Translations under genes and position numbers: made by a program
NCBI GenBank assembly: GCA_049580385.1
Contig: JBAUPV010000030.1
Location: forward strand, 926,190 to 990,189
Origin: Desulfobaccales bacterium
GTDB lineage: Bacteria; Desulfobacterota; Desulfobaccia; Desulfobaccales; 0-14-0-80-60-11
Length of the DNA: 64,000 bases
Reading direction: 5' to 3'
Shown here: positions 48,133 through 58,275 of the stretch, piece after piece
Numbering within the stretch: the first letter of the stretch is position 1
Layout of the letters: every line of letters starts with the position of its first letter
The notes under the pieces: model-generated
The model's input: only the letters and a program-made list of their open reading frames with translations
The model's database searches: none
Told to the model about the DNA's origin: nothing

Positions 48133-49125
48133 ATGAAAATGTATTATGATGCAGATGCGGATTTGTCGATTTTCAAGGGGAAAAAGATCGCTATCATCGG
48201 CTTCGGCTCCCAAGGCCACGCCCAGGCCCTCAACCTCCGGGACAGCGGGGTAGATGTGGTAGTGTCCGAAATGGCCGGGACTCCCAACTACGATCTGGCG
48301 CTGCAATACGGCTTTAAGCCGGTGCCCGCGGCGGAGGCCGCGGCCAAGGCCCAGGTGATCCAGATCCTGACCCAGGACCATGTCCAGGCCTCGCTCTACG
48401 AAAACGACCTGAAGCCCAAGATGAGCAAGGGGAAAACCCTGCTCTTTTCCCATGGGTTTAACATCCATTTCGGGCAAATTTCGCCGGCGCCGGACCTCGA
48501 CGTGATCATGGTGGCCCCTAAAGGTCCCGGGCACCTGGTCAGGAGCGAATATGAGAAGGGCGCCGGGGTCCCTGCCCTGGTGGCGGTGGAGCAAAACCCC
48601 TCGAAGAAGGCAATGGCTACCGCCTTGGCTTATGCCAAGGGGATTGGCGCCACCCGGGCCGGGGTCTTCGAAACTACCTTCCGGGAAGAGACGGAAACCG
48701 ACCTGTTCGGGGAGCAGGCGGTGCTCTGCGGCGGGGTTTCGGAGCTGGTCAAGGCCGGTTTCGACACCCTGGTGGAAGCGGGCTACGCGCCGGAAATCGC
48801 CTATTTCGAGTGTCTCCACGAACTGAAGCTCATCGTCGACCTGTTCTATCAGGGCGGCATCAGCTACATGCGCTATTCGGTGTCCGATACCGCCGAGTAT
48901 GGCGACTACACCCGGGGAAGCCGGATCATCAACGAGGATACCCGGGACGAGATGCGGCAGATCCTTTACGAGGTGCAAAGTGGCGAATTCGCCAAGGAGT
49001 GGATCCTGGAGAACCAGGCCAAGCGCCCGGTCTTCAACGCCATGCGCCGCCAGGAGGCGGCCCACCCCATCGAGGCAGTGGGCAAGAAACTGCGCTCCAT
49101 GATGGGCTGGCTTAAGCGGAAGTAA
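48133..49125 (+). CDS. ilvC: ketol-acid reductoisomerase (class I)
   Basis: 330 aa. Motifs [21 protein letters not shown] and [11 protein letters not shown]. Confidence 0.95.
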   Translation: MKMYYDADADLSIFKGKKIAIIGFGSQGHAQALNLRDSGVDVVVSEMAGTPNYDLALQYGFKPVPAAEAAAKAQVIQILTQDHVQASLYENDLKPKMSKGKTLLFSHGFNIHFGQISPAPDLDVIMVAPKGPGHLVRSEYEKGAGVPALVAVEQNPSKKAMATALAYAKGIGATRAGVFETTFREETETDLFGEQAVLCGGVSELVKAGFDTLVEAGYAPEIAYFECLHELKLIVDLFYQGGISYMRYSVSDTAEYGDYTRGSRIINEDTRDEMRQILYEVQSGEFAKEWILENQAKRPVFNAMRRQEAAHPIEAVGKKLRSMMGWLKRK

Positions 49126-49238
49126 TCTTCCAGGGGGGGGCGGGCTCGAGCCCACTGCGGCCTGGGGACGGGCCGAAACCCTCATCATTTCCTTCTGACG
49201 AGTATTATGCAGCCACGAAATCAGCGAGGGCCGGGCTC

Positions 49239-49874
49239 ATGAGCCGCGGGCTCATCGCCTCACCCGGCTATTCCTTCCTGGCCTCCAGTTGCCTGTTGAT
49301 TCTTCTGGGCTGGCTGCTGCACTGGGGCTGGCTCTGGTGGCCGGGCTTGGCGGGCTTGATCTTCTTCGGATATTTCTTCCGTGACCCGGAGCGCCGGATT
49401 CCCCCGGGTCCTGAAGTGGTGGTGGCGCCGGCTGACGGCAAGGTCATCCTGGCCGATGAGGTTGCAGAAGAGCACTTCCTGAACGGTCCGGCCCGGAGAG
49501 TGGCCATTTTCATGAACGTCTTTGACGTCCATGTCAACCGGGCGCCGGTTGCGGGCACGGTGCAGGTGGCCGAGCATCGGGATGGGGGCTTCAAGGCGGC
49601 CTTCCGGGAGGAATCGAGCGCCGTCAACGAGCAGATGGCCCTGGTCCTGGAGGAAGGCAGCCACCGCCTGCTGGTGGTGCAGATCGCCGGGCTGCTGGCC
49701 AGGCGCATCGTCTCCTATGTGCAGCCGGGCCAGCACCTCGAAAAGGGGGAGCGCCTGGGGATGATCTGTTTTGGCTCCAGGGTGGACCTCTACCTGCCGA
49801 TTCAATCTCAACTAATGGTCAAAGTAGGGGATCGGGTCAAGGCGGGCAGCAGCATCGTGGCCCGCTGGACTTGA
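49239..49874 (+). CDS. psd: phosphatidylserine decarboxylase, short (archaetidylserine-decarboxylase-like) form
   Basis: 211 aa. N-terminal TM helices; the self-cleavage region is FGSRVDLYLP (GS motif). It sits next to pssA. Confidence 0.85.
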   Translation: MSRGLIASPGYSFLASSCLLILLGWLLHWGWLWWPGLAGLIFFGYFFRDPERRIPPGPEVVVAPADGKVILADEVAEEHFLNGPARRVAIFMNVFDVHVNRAPVAGTVQVAEHRDGGFKAAFREESSAVNEQMALVLEEGSHRLLVVQIAGLLARRIVSYVQPGQHLEKGERLGMICFGSRVDLYLPIQSQLMVKVGDRVKAGSSIVARWT

Positions 49875-49971
49875 ATTCCGGAGCGGGGCGCCCTATTTTA
49901 TGGTATAAACACAAGGAATTGGGCGCGGGGTAACCGCGCCGCTGGTGCCAGAGCCGGGGAGGGTTGGTTAA

Positions 49972-50763
49972 GTGGCCTTCCGCAGAAGACGCAAAAAAAG
50001 GGATCGCCGCCGCCTGCGGGGCGTATTCCTGATTCCCAACCTGATCACCACCGCCAGTCTGTTCGGCGGCTTCTATGCCATCGCGGCCACCATTGACGGC
50101 CACTATTACCATGCCGCCTGGGCGATTTTCATCTCTCTGGTGCTGGATGGCCTGGATGGCCGGATCGCCCGCTTTACCTCCAGCACCAGCGGTTTCGGGG
50201 TGCAATACGACTCCCTCAGTGATCTGGTGGCCTTCGGGGTGGCCCCGGCCCTCCTGGTCTATCTCTGGGCCTTGAAACCCTTCAAGCAATTCGGCTGGTT
50301 GGCAGCCTTCCTCTACCTGGCGTGCGGGGCCCTGCGCCTGGCCCGGTTTAACGTGCAGCAAGGTTCCCAGGACCCGCGCTACTTCAACGGCCTGCCGATC
50401 CCGGCGGCCGCCATGCTCGTCGCCACCTCGGTGGCCTTCTATCATCAAGTGGGAGATTCGTTCCCGGGGAAACACATCTACATCTTGGCCATGATTTATG
50501 TGCTCTCCTTTTTGATGGTGAGCAATATCAAATACGCCAGTTTCAAGAAGGTGGAGGTCTTCCGGCGCCACCCCTTCCAAAGCCTGGTGGGCCTGGTGTT
50601 GCTGTTTGTGGTCGTGGCCGCGGCCCCCGATATTATGGGGTTCGTAGCCATGATTTTGTACGTGGCTTCCGGGCCCCTCAGCACTTACATCTATTATCGC
50701 CGGCCATCCTGGACGGATAAGGGAGAGGGCGAAACCCCCGCCCCCAAGCCCTCCAACCCGTAA
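49972..50763 (+). CDS. pssA: CDP-diacylglycerol--serine O-phosphatidyltransferase
   Basis: 263 aa, GTG start. CDP-alcohol phosphatidyltransferase motif DGLDGRIAR...SLSDLVAFG. Confidence 0.9.
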   Translation: MAFRRRRKKRDRRRLRGVFLIPNLITTASLFGGFYAIAATIDGHYYHAAWAIFISLVLDGLDGRIARFTSSTSGFGVQYDSLSDLVAFGVAPALLVYLWALKPFKQFGWLAAFLYLACGALRLARFNVQQGSQDPRYFNGLPIPAAAMLVATSVAFYHQVGDSFPGKHIYILAMIYVLSFLMVSNIKYASFKKVEVFRRHPFQSLVGLVLLFVVVAAAPDIMGFVAMILYVASGPLSTYIYYRRPSWTDKGEGETPAPKPSNP

Positions 50764-51011
50764 CCGGGTGGCCTGGCGTGATGCTTCCTAATTGCTACGA
50801 GATTTCCAACTGCGGTCATTAAACTCCCCTTTGAAAGAGGGGGACTTTAATATGCTCGGACCCTAGGTTTTCCTGATTAAATGCCATCCTCTTTACTAAG
50901 CGCAACCATCCGGGCCTAACCGGCGGCGGATTTTTCCTGGCGGCCAGTAGGGTGGAAAAAGTTTAATGACCTGGCCACGAACTCATTGGCGGGCGCGGGG
51001 CCGGCGGTTTG

Positions 51012-52151
51012 ATGCAACCGATTATGGTGAGGGAATCGATGCGGCAGGCATTGCTTAAAATTGTCAGCATTATCTTAGGACTGGTGGTCGCCTTTGGAAT
51101 CGCGGAAGTGGGCGTCAGGATCTTTCGTCCGCAAGAGGTGTCGCCGATTCGATTTGTCTTTGACCCTGAGCGCGGGGAAATTCCCACTCCCAATCAGCAG
51201 GGCCGTCATATCATGCCCGGGGCGTATGACTCCACTTATAGCAACAATTCGCTGGGCCTGCGCGGCAGTAAAGAATATGGATTTAAGAGGGATACGGAGC
51301 ACCGGATTCTGTTTTTGGGCGATTCCTTCACTTACGGATTAGGGGTGAATGACGACCAAACCTTTCCTTATCTGATCGAAAAACACCTGAACTCGGGAAA
51401 GATGTCCGTGGAAGCGATCAACGCCGGGAATCCGGGCCGGGGCACCGATTATGCCTTGAAGTTTTTCCAAGTCCTGGGAGCTAGATTTAAACCTGACCTC
51501 ACCGTATTTAGCTTTCTGGGCAAGAATTTTGTCGATGACTCCCGGGGCGACTATTATTCAGTATCTCCGGCAGGGGAGCTTACCCCGAAACGCCTGCGCG
51601 CCGGTAACAGTTTTATAAAGGACCTGCTTTTTCATTTCCCGGGCTATAACTGGCTAATTTCCTGGTCCCAGGCGGCCAACCTGGTGAAGCAGGCGGGCAT
51701 CCAATGGTATCTCGCCAGGAGTGGCGCCAACGCCCAGCGGCGAGACGACCTGGTGATTACCTATCCGGAAAGGCAGAACGGATACGGTGACGCGGCCAAA
51801 TTTAGACTAACCGGAATCTATGTGAAGAATCTAATCAAATCAGTAGAGGCCAGCGGCAGCTCCATCATGTTTTTTTATCTCCCCATGGCACCGGAGATCG
51901 AACAATATCGAAAAAATGGGACCATATCCATTGATGAAGCCGCGTTTACCGAAATTATCAATAAGGAGGGGCAAGAGCTAAAATCGTTAACCCCGGTACT
52001 CGCCGCCTCCGCAGAACCGTTGACCAAGTTGTACTTTGTCCCCCGGGATGGGCACTGGACAGCCCTGGGTCAGGCCCTGGCGGCTCAATATATGAGCGGG
52101 GAAATAGAAAAGCGTATAAAGCAGGGCCAGCTTCCCGGGCCCGCCAATTAA
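51012..52151 (+). CDS. SGNH/GDSL-family hydrolase with N-terminal membrane anchor
   Basis: About 379 aa. The anchor is ALLKIVSIILGLVVAFGIAEV. Block I is ILFLGDSFTYGLGV. The start among the TTG/ATG codons at 51009-51039 is uncertain. Confidence 0.75.
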   Translation: MQPIMVRESMRQALLKIVSIILGLVVAFGIAEVGVRIFRPQEVSPIRFVFDPERGEIPTPNQQGRHIMPGAYDSTYSNNSLGLRGSKEYGFKRDTEHRILFLGDSFTYGLGVNDDQTFPYLIEKHLNSGKMSVEAINAGNPGRGTDYALKFFQVLGARFKPDLTVFSFLGKNFVDDSRGDYYSVSPAGELTPKRLRAGNSFIKDLLFHFPGYNWLISWSQAANLVKQAGIQWYLARSGANAQRRDDLVITYPERQNGYGDAAKFRLTGIYVKNLIKSVEASGSSIMFFYLPMAPEIEQYRKNGTISIDEAAFTEIINKEGQELKSLTPVLAASAEPLTKLYFVPRDGHWTALGQALAAQYMSGEIEKRIKQGQLPGPAN

Positions 52152-52274
52152 CCACATCATTCTCCGCCCCCCCCCGGAGGTTTGTCCGTCTGCGCCTCGG
52201 GGCCAATTTTTTGGGCTTGCTTTTAGCCGATTTTAATATATAATCGAGTCCATCTTTTGAGGTTGACTGTCAAA

Positions 52275-52352
52275 ATGGGCGTTTTCCGATACAAACAGCA
52301 TTCCAGCCCGGCCCTCCAGGGTGCCACCCTGCTGCTATTGCTGCCTGCCTAG
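52275..52352 (+). promoter_or_regulatory. candidate leucine leader peptide ORF upstream of leuA
   Basis: MGVFRYKQHSSPALQGATLLLLLPA* has five consecutive Leu codons (ctg ctg cta ttg ctg). They run directly into an 8-bp hairpin, ctgcctgc-ctag-gcaggcag, whose loop holds the stop codon. A TTGCTT-N16-TATAAT promoter lies at 52217-52244. Confidence 0.45.
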
Positions 52353-52477
52353 GCAGGCAGCCTTTCTTCCACTCCCCTAGATTCTGCAAAATCTTGTTTT
52401 AACTGCTTCTTTTTGAATAGAGCAGTGGTATAATATCATTGCCTTTTCCGGCCCTTGGGGGCCAGGAGGTTCACATT

Positions 52478-54031
52478 ATGCCTCAGAAAATTTATATTTT
52501 TGATACCACCCTCAGGGACGGGGAGCAAACGCCCGGCGCCAATCTCAACGTCGATGAGAAACTGCAGATCGCCCGGCAACTGGAACTCCTCAACGTAGAC
52601 GTCATCGAAGCGGGATTTCCCTACTCTTCACCCGGCGATTTCGCCGCGGTGCAGGCGGTGGCCCGGGAAATCAGGACCCCCCAAATCGCCGGTCTGGCCC
52701 GGGCCTTTGCCAAGGACATCGACGCCTGCTGGGAGGCCATCAAGGAGGGCACCAATCCCCGCATCCATACCTTCATTTCCACCTCCGATATCCACTTGCA
52801 GCACCAGATGCGCAAGAGCCGGGAGGAGGTCCTGGAAATGGCGGTGGCCGCGGTGAAGCATGCCTGCCGCTATACCTCCAACGTGGAATTCTCGGCCATG
52901 GACGCCTCCCGCAGCGACCTCGATTATGTGGCCCGGGTCTTCACCGCGGCCATTGAGGCCGGCGCCACGACCCTGAATTTCCCGGATACGGTGGGCTACG
53001 CCCTTCCCCAGGAATTTGGCGACAAGATCAAATACCTGGTGGAGCACATCCCCAATATTCAGCGGGCGGTGATCTCGGTACACTGCCATAACGATCTGGG
53101 AATGGCGGCGGCCAACACCCTGGCGGCCATTATGAACGGCGCCCGCCAGGTGGAAGTTACCATCAACGGCCTGGGAGAACGGGCCGGCAACGCCTCCCTG
53201 GAGGAGGTGGTGATGGCCCTGGCCACTCGCAAAGATCAGTTTGACTACTATTCCGACATCGTCACTCAGTATATTGCCCCTGCCAGCCGCCTCACCAGCA
53301 AACTGTCCGGGGTGCCGGTGCAGCCCAATAAGGCCATCGTGGGGGCCAACGCCTTTGCCCACGAGTCCGGGATTCACCAGGACGGGGTGCTCAAGGAGGC
53401 CAGCACCTTCGAGATCATGACGCCCACGGCAGTGGGCATCAAAAAGAGCCTCCTGGTCCTGGGGAAGCTTTCCGGGCGCCATGCCTTCAAGGACAAGCTC
53501 CAGGAGATGGGTTACCACCTGCCGGACGAGGAATTGAACCGGGTCTTTTCCCGCTTTAAGGACCTGGCGGATCGCAAAAAGAAGGTGTTCGATGAAGACC
53601 TGGTGAGCCTGGTGGAAACCGAGGTTGTTTACAAATCGGTGCCGGAGTATTTCCGGCTCCTCGACCTGGTGGTGGTCAGCGGCACCACGGTAAAGCCCAA
53701 CGCCACCGTGAAGCTCTCGATAGGCGGGGAAGTCAAGACGCTGTCTGCCTTTGGGGATGGGCCGGTGGATGCCGTTTACCGGGTTATCACCGACTTGGCC
53801 AAATCGAGCTGTCGCCTGCTGAAATTCGCGGTGAGCTCCATCACCGGGGGCACCGAGGCCCTGGGAGAGGTCTCCGTGCGCCTCGAGGAAGACGGCTACG
53901 TAGTCACCGGCCAGGGAGTCGACCCCGATATCGTCACTGCCAGCGCCCGGGGTTATATCAACGGCTTGAACCGCCTTCATTTTTTGAAGGAGATGGGCCA
54001 CGGCCCCAAGCAAAAGCCGGAGAAATTGTGA
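52478..54031 (+). CDS. leuA: 2-isopropylmalate synthase
   Basis: ATG 52478 follows AGGAGG. Motifs [30 protein letters not shown] and the C-terminal LeuA dimerisation/regulatory domain. Confidence 0.93.
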   Translation: MPQKIYIFDTTLRDGEQTPGANLNVDEKLQIARQLELLNVDVIEAGFPYSSPGDFAAVQAVAREIRTPQIAGLARAFAKDIDACWEAIKEGTNPRIHTFISTSDIHLQHQMRKSREEVLEMAVAAVKHACRYTSNVEFSAMDASRSDLDYVARVFTAAIEAGATTLNFPDTVGYALPQEFGDKIKYLVEHIPNIQRAVISVHCHNDLGMAAANTLAAIMNGARQVEVTINGLGERAGNASLEEVVMALATRKDQFDYYSDIVTQYIAPASRLTSKLSGVPVQPNKAIVGANAFAHESGIHQDGVLKEASTFEIMTPTAVGIKKSLLVLGKLSGRHAFKDKLQEMGYHLPDEELNRVFSRFKDLADRKKKVFDEDLVSLVETEVVYKSVPEYFRLLDLVVVSGTTVKPNATVKLSIGGEVKTLSAFGDGPVDAVYRVITDLAKSSCRLLKFAVSSITGGTEALGEVSVRLEEDGYVVTGQGVDPDIVTASARGYINGLNRLHFLKEMGHGPKQKPEKL

Positions 54032-54103
54032 GGTAGCAGTAAGCAGTGAGCATAGAGCAGTGAGGCCACGGCCCCTTGGTTACTTTCCCTGAAGGAAATT
54101 GAA

Positions 54104-54385
54104 ATGAGCGCAAACTTTAGGATAAAGTGCGAAGCAATAAAGGTGGCGAGCGATACCGGCTACTGCCCGGGTTCGGCCAAATGCAGGGTTGGAGAGGTCT
54201 ATGTCCTGGGGCCGCGGACGCCTGAGCCCGGCATGTGCGGCAGAGCCTTCCACGCCATGCATCCCATGGCATTGGCCATGCGTTTCACCAACAAAATGTT
54301 TTGGGAAAAACCTGATGGCCAGGTGGAGGTTACCTGTCCAGATGGATTTGTGGTTTATCGGCTCTCAAGAATCACTGAAGTTTGA
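54104..54385 (+). CDS. small Cys-rich protein resembling the TIGR04076 family
   Basis: 93 aa. CPGSAKCRVGEVYVL...PGMCGRAFHAMHP...VTCPDG. The family assignment is from memory of the pattern. Confidence 0.6.
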   Translation: MSANFRIKCEAIKVASDTGYCPGSAKCRVGEVYVLGPRTPEPGMCGRAFHAMHPMALAMRFTNKMFWEKPDGQVEVTCPDGFVVYRLSRITEV

Positions 54386-54438
54386 AGAGAGGAAAGCTGC
54401 CACTTACTTGGCTAGCCTCTGGCCTGTGGGTTTGCCCT

Positions 54439-54555
54439 GGGCGGGGTAACCCCGCCCCTACGGAATCGGTGGGCAATGCCCATCCTAGACTAACTGGGGG
54501 ACCCGGCGGGTCGCCCCTACAACTCAAAACTCAAAACTCGAAACAGGAAACTAAT
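54439..54555 (+). repeat. three hairpin repeats followed by five degenerate heptamers ending at the leuC start codon
   Basis: Hairpins: gggcggggtaaccccgcccctac, aatcggtgggcaatgcccatcc and gggggacccggcgggtcgcccctac. Heptamers: aactcaa aactcaa aactcga aacagga aactaat. ATG 54556 follows directly. Confidence 0.8.
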
Positions 54556-55827
54556 ATGTCCAAGCCTCAAACCATAACCGAAAAGATTCTGGCGGCTCAT
54601 GCCGGCAAGGAATTCGTGGAACCCGGAGAACTGGTCCTGGCCAGGGTGGACATCGCCCTGGGCAATGACATCACCGCGCCCCTGGCCATCAAGGCCTTTC
54701 GCGAGGTGGGAGCCAAAAAGGTCTTCGACCGGGAGCGGGTGGTGATGGTGGCGGATCACTTCGCCCCCAACAAAGACATCGCCTCAGCCATTCAGGTGCA
54801 GACAGTGCGGCAATTTGCCCGGGAGCAGGACCTGCTGCACTTTTACGAGGGCGGGGAGATGGGCGTAGAACATGCCCTGCTGCCGGAGAAAGGGATCGTG
54901 GGTCCCGGTGACTTGATCATCGGCGCCGACAGCCACACCTGCACCTACGGGGCCTTGGGGGCATTTGCCACCGGGGTGGGCTCCACCGACCTGGCCGCGG
55001 CCATGGTCAACGGCAACATCTGGCTCAAGGTTCCGGAAAGTCTGAAGTTTGTCTTCACCGGAGAGCTGCCCCCCTGGGTAGGCGGCAAGGACTTGATCCT
55101 GCACACCATCGGGGATATCGGGGTAGATGGGGCCAACTACCGGGCCATGGAGTTTACCGGGGACGCCATTGGCCGTCTTTCCATGGCGGACCGTTTTTCC
55201 ATGGCCAACATGGCGGTGGAGGCCGGCGCCAAGAACGGTATCATCGCCCCGGATGCCATCACCCTAAAGTATGTCCAGGGCCGGGCCCTGCGGCCTTTTC
55301 AGGTTGATAATCTTTTTAGCGACCCGGATGCGGTTTATAGCCATACCAAGAGCTACGACGTTTCCCGTTTGGAGCCCCAGGTGGCCTGCCCGTCCTCGCC
55401 GGGTAATGTCAAGCCCGTATCCCAGTTGCGGGAGGTGAGCATCGACCAGGCGGTGATCGGCTCCTGCACCAACGGCAGGTTGGAAGACCTGCAGCAGGCG
55501 GCCCAGGTCATCAAAGGACGTCACGTGGCCAAAGGGGTGCGTCTAATCGTCATTCCCGCCACCCCTCTGATTTACCGGCAGGCCATGGACCAGGGCCTGC
55601 TGGCCATCTTTATGGAGGCCGGGGCGGTTATCGGGCCTCCCACCTGCGGCCCTTGCCTGGGCGGGCATATGGGCATTCTGGCGCCCGGCGAGACAGCGGT
55701 AGCCACTACCAACCGGAATTTTGTCGGGCGCATGGGCCATCCGGAATCGAAGGTCTATTTGGCCAATCCGGCGGTCGCCGCGGCCTCGGCGGTCACCGGA
55801 CGCATTAGTGGACCGGCGCAACTTTAG
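54556..55827 (+). CDS. leuC: 3-isopropylmalate dehydratase large subunit (short, archaeal/HacA-like type)
   Basis: The ORF-track start 54382 reads through repeat DNA. ATG 54556 gives MSKPQTITEKILAAHAG... and ~423 aa, with aconitase-family Cys ligands (GSCTNGRLED, CGPCLG). Confidence 0.9.
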   Translation: MSKPQTITEKILAAHAGKEFVEPGELVLARVDIALGNDITAPLAIKAFREVGAKKVFDRERVVMVADHFAPNKDIASAIQVQTVRQFAREQDLLHFYEGGEMGVEHALLPEKGIVGPGDLIIGADSHTCTYGALGAFATGVGSTDLAAAMVNGNIWLKVPESLKFVFTGELPPWVGGKDLILHTIGDIGVDGANYRAMEFTGDAIGRLSMADRFSMANMAVEAGAKNGIIAPDAITLKYVQGRALRPFQVDNLFSDPDAVYSHTKSYDVSRLEPQVACPSSPGNVKPVSQLREVSIDQAVIGSCTNGRLEDLQQAAQVIKGRHVAKGVRLIVIPATPLIYRQAMDQGLLAIFMEAGAVIGPPTCGPCLGGHMGILAPGETAVATTNRNFVGRMGHPESKVYLANPAVAAASAVTGRISGPAQL

Positions 55828-55984
55828 ATCTAGAGTCTGCGTTTAAGGGTAACGGGCAGACGGAGACGCTGCGTCTGGGTAGCGCCGGTAAATGGTGCGA
55901 CTATGATAAGAACCGGTCGAAGGAAGACGAATCTTCCATTAAGCTAAAAAATGCTAAAAAAAGATTTGACATTTTGAGGTAAGT

Positions 55985-56278
55985 ATGGCTCAATATTGGG
56001 CAAATCTTATTAGGGAACCGACTGGCGCTGAGAAGAAAGAGATGTGGGGCAGAAAAACATACGGGGCGTGGATCGTTGCTTTGGGCGTCCTCATCGTCCT
56101 GGCGGGGGGATGCAACGGAGTCATCTATCAAAAACAAGCGGATAACGGCCAGACGCAACGCGTGGTCATTGACAAGGGCGAAGGCTGGGACAGCTATAAC
56201 ATCACTCCCCGGGATTACGGTGAGAAGGATAATAAGGGCGGCTATTCCCTCATGCTGAGAGACGAGTATAGCTTCTAA
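55985..56278 (+). CDS. small hypothetical lipoprotein/membrane protein
   Basis: 97 aa. Hydrophobic segment AWIVALGVLIVLAGGC with a lipobox-like LAGGC. RBS GAGGT. Confidence 0.5.
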   Translation: MAQYWANLIREPTGAEKKEMWGRKTYGAWIVALGVLIVLAGGCNGVIYQKQADNGQTQRVVIDKGEGWDSYNITPRDYGEKDNKGGYSLMLRDEYSF

Positions 56279-57207
56279 TCTAAACGCCGCCCCCGCAGCA
56301 CCCGGGGAATACCCTGATAATCCGCCAACGTTTCCAGTCCCCGGTAGGCCCCGGTTTGCCGCAGCAGTTCCAGAACCTCGTCGGCTTGGCCTGCGCCCAC
56401 TTCCAGCGCCAGGAAGCCTCCTGGTGTTAAATAGCGGTGGGCCTCCTGCGCCAGGGTCCGGATAAGTTCCAGCCCGTTTTCCCCGCCCCAAAGGGCCTGT
56501 TGCGGCTCATAATCTCTGATCTCCCGCGGGAGCTGTTCCCATTGGGCCCGGGGCACATAGGGGAGATTGGCCACCAGAAGCGCGAAGCGTGGTTCGGGAT
56601 GGATCCCGGACAGCAGGTCCCCCCGGACCAAGCGCAGGCGGTCGGCGACGCCATGGCGCCGGGCATTGTCCCTGGCCACGCTGAGGGACGTCTCCGAGAG
56701 GTCCAGGGCCAGCCACGCCATCTGGGGCAGCTCCCTGGCCAGGGCCACCACCACCGCGCCGCTGCCCACCCCGACTTCCAAACCCCAGAGGGAGGTTCCC
56801 TGTCGATTTTCCGATTTCGGAGTTTCCCGGACCCCAAGTTCGAGGCCGGGCATGGTTCGGGCCGCTTCCAGGGCTGAGGCCACCAGGATCTCGGTTTCCG
56901 GCCGGGGAATCAGGACGCCGGAGCGCACCTGGAAATCGAGGGACCAGAATTCTTTGTGGCCGGTGAGGTAGGCAACCGGCTCACCTTGGCGGCGGCGCAA
57001 CATTAGGGCCTTGAATCGGGCCAACTCTTCCGTGGAGAGGGGCTGGTCGTAGTGCAGGTAGAGGTCCAGGCGACTCAGGTTAAGCACGTGGGCCAGGAGT
57101 ACCTCGGCGGAGGCCCTCGGCTCAGAGACCCCTTTTTCCGTGAAGTGAGCGGTGGTCCACCGCAGTAGTTCCACGATGGTCCAGGCCGGCTGGGAATCCG
57201 CCTTCAT
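56275..57207 (-). CDS. prmC: release-factor glutamine N5-methyltransferase
   Basis: 310 aa. SAM motif LEVGVGSGAV, substrate motif NLPYV (NPPY variant). Immediately downstream of prfA. Confidence 0.9.
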   Translation of the reverse strand: MKADSQPAWTIVELLRWTTAHFTEKGVSEPRASAEVLLAHVLNLSRLDLYLHYDQPLSTEELARFKALMLRRRQGEPVAYLTGHKEFWSLDFQVRSGVLIPRPETEILVASALEAARTMPGLELGVRETPKSENRQGTSLWGLEVGVGSGAVVVALARELPQMAWLALDLSETSLSVARDNARRHGVADRLRLVRGDLLSGIHPEPRFALLVANLPYVPRAQWEQLPREIRDYEPQQALWGGENGLELIRTLAQEAHRYLTPGGFLALEVGAGQADEVLELLRQTGAYRGLETLADYQGIPRVLRGRRLD

Positions 57208-58275
57208 TTAAGCTTGTTCCAGGGCCTGGGTGCGGTAATGGCTGGACAAACCTTGCAGGAGTTCGTCCAGGTCGCCGTCCAGAATGGCCTCCAACTTGTG
57301 GAGGGTGAGCCCGATGCGATGGTCGCTGACCCGGGCCTGGGGGAAATTATAGGTGCGGATGCGTTCGCTGCGATCGCCGGTACCCACCTGGGATTTGCGT
57401 TCCTGGGCGATTTGCTGCTGCTGCTGCCGCTGTTTCAGGTCCAGCAGGCGGGCCCGTAGCACCTTCAAGGCCTTGGCCTTGTTTTTGTGCTGGGACTTCT
57501 CGTCCTGACAGGTGACCACCAGGCCGCTGGGCAGATGGGTGATCCGCACCGCGGAGTCGGTGGTGTTGACGCTTTGCCCCCCGGGACCCGAGGAGCGGAA
57601 GACGTCGATGCGTAATTCTTCAGGGCTGATCTGCACCTCCACGTCCTCGGCCTCGGGCAGGACGGCCACGGTCACCGCCGAAGTGTGGATGCGTCCCTGG
57701 GACTCGGTTACCGGCACCCGTTGCACCCGGTGCACCCCGCTTTCGTATTTCAGCAGACTGTAGACCCGCTGGCCGGAAATGGAGGCGATGATCTCTTTGA
57801 GACCGCCTATGCCGGTGGCGGAGTGGCTCAAGATTTCGAGCTTCCAGCCCTTGCGCTCAGCCAGGCGGCTATACATGCGGAAGAGATCGGCGGCGAACAG
57901 GCCCGCTTCCTCGCCGCCGGTGCCGGCCCGGATCTCCAGCAACACGTCCTTCTCGTCGTTGGGGTCCTTGGGCAGCAGCAGCAAGCGCAACTCTTCCTCC
58001 CGAGAGGCCGCCTCCTCCCTAAGGGTCTGGATCTCGTCCCGGACCAGGGATTTTAGCTCCTCATCCGTTTCTTCCTTGAGCATGGTCTGACTTTCCTGCA
58101 ACTCTTTCTGCGCCTGGCGGTAGCGCCGGAAAGTCTGGATCAGGGGGTTGAGTTCGGCGTGCTCCTTGCTATATTTCTGATAAAGCTCCTGATCCCGGAT
58201 GACCTCAGGATCGGAGAGCCGTTGCTCCAGGTCGATAAATTGACTTTCAAGTTTTTGCAGTCTGGAGTTCAACAT
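57208..58275 (-). CDS. prfA: peptide chain release factor 1
   Basis: Start at ATG 58275 ([10 protein letters not shown]...). Motifs PxT-type [23 protein letters not shown] (GGQ). Confidence 0.95.
   Translation of the reverse strand: MLNSRLQKLESQFIDLEQRLSDPEVIRDQELYQKYSKEHAELNPLIQTFRRYRQAQKELQESQTMLKEETDEELKSLVRDEIQTLREEAASREEELRLLLLPKDPNDEKDVLLEIRAGTGGEEAGLFAADLFRMYSRLAERKGWKLEILSHSATGIGGLKEIIASISGQRVYSLLKYESGVHRVQRVPVTESQGRIHTSAVTVAVLPEAEDVEVQISPEELRIDVFRSSGPGGQSVNTTDSAVRITHLPSGLVVTCQDEKSQHKNKAKALKVLRARLLDLKQRQQQQQIAQERKSQVGTGDRSERIRTYNFPQARVSDHRIGLTLHKLEAILDGDLDELLQGLSSHYRTQALEQA

Noticed and set aside
54382-54555. N-terminal extensions suggested by the ORF track for leuC (54382), RND pump (15803), M16 peptidase (34385), prfA (58332), TauE (24314), leuA (52439), gltX (62536) and the formyltransferase (60476)
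   Set aside because: The extensions translate repeat DNA or the 3' end of the upstream gene. They lack an SD, whereas internal ATGs have good SDs and match family N-termini.
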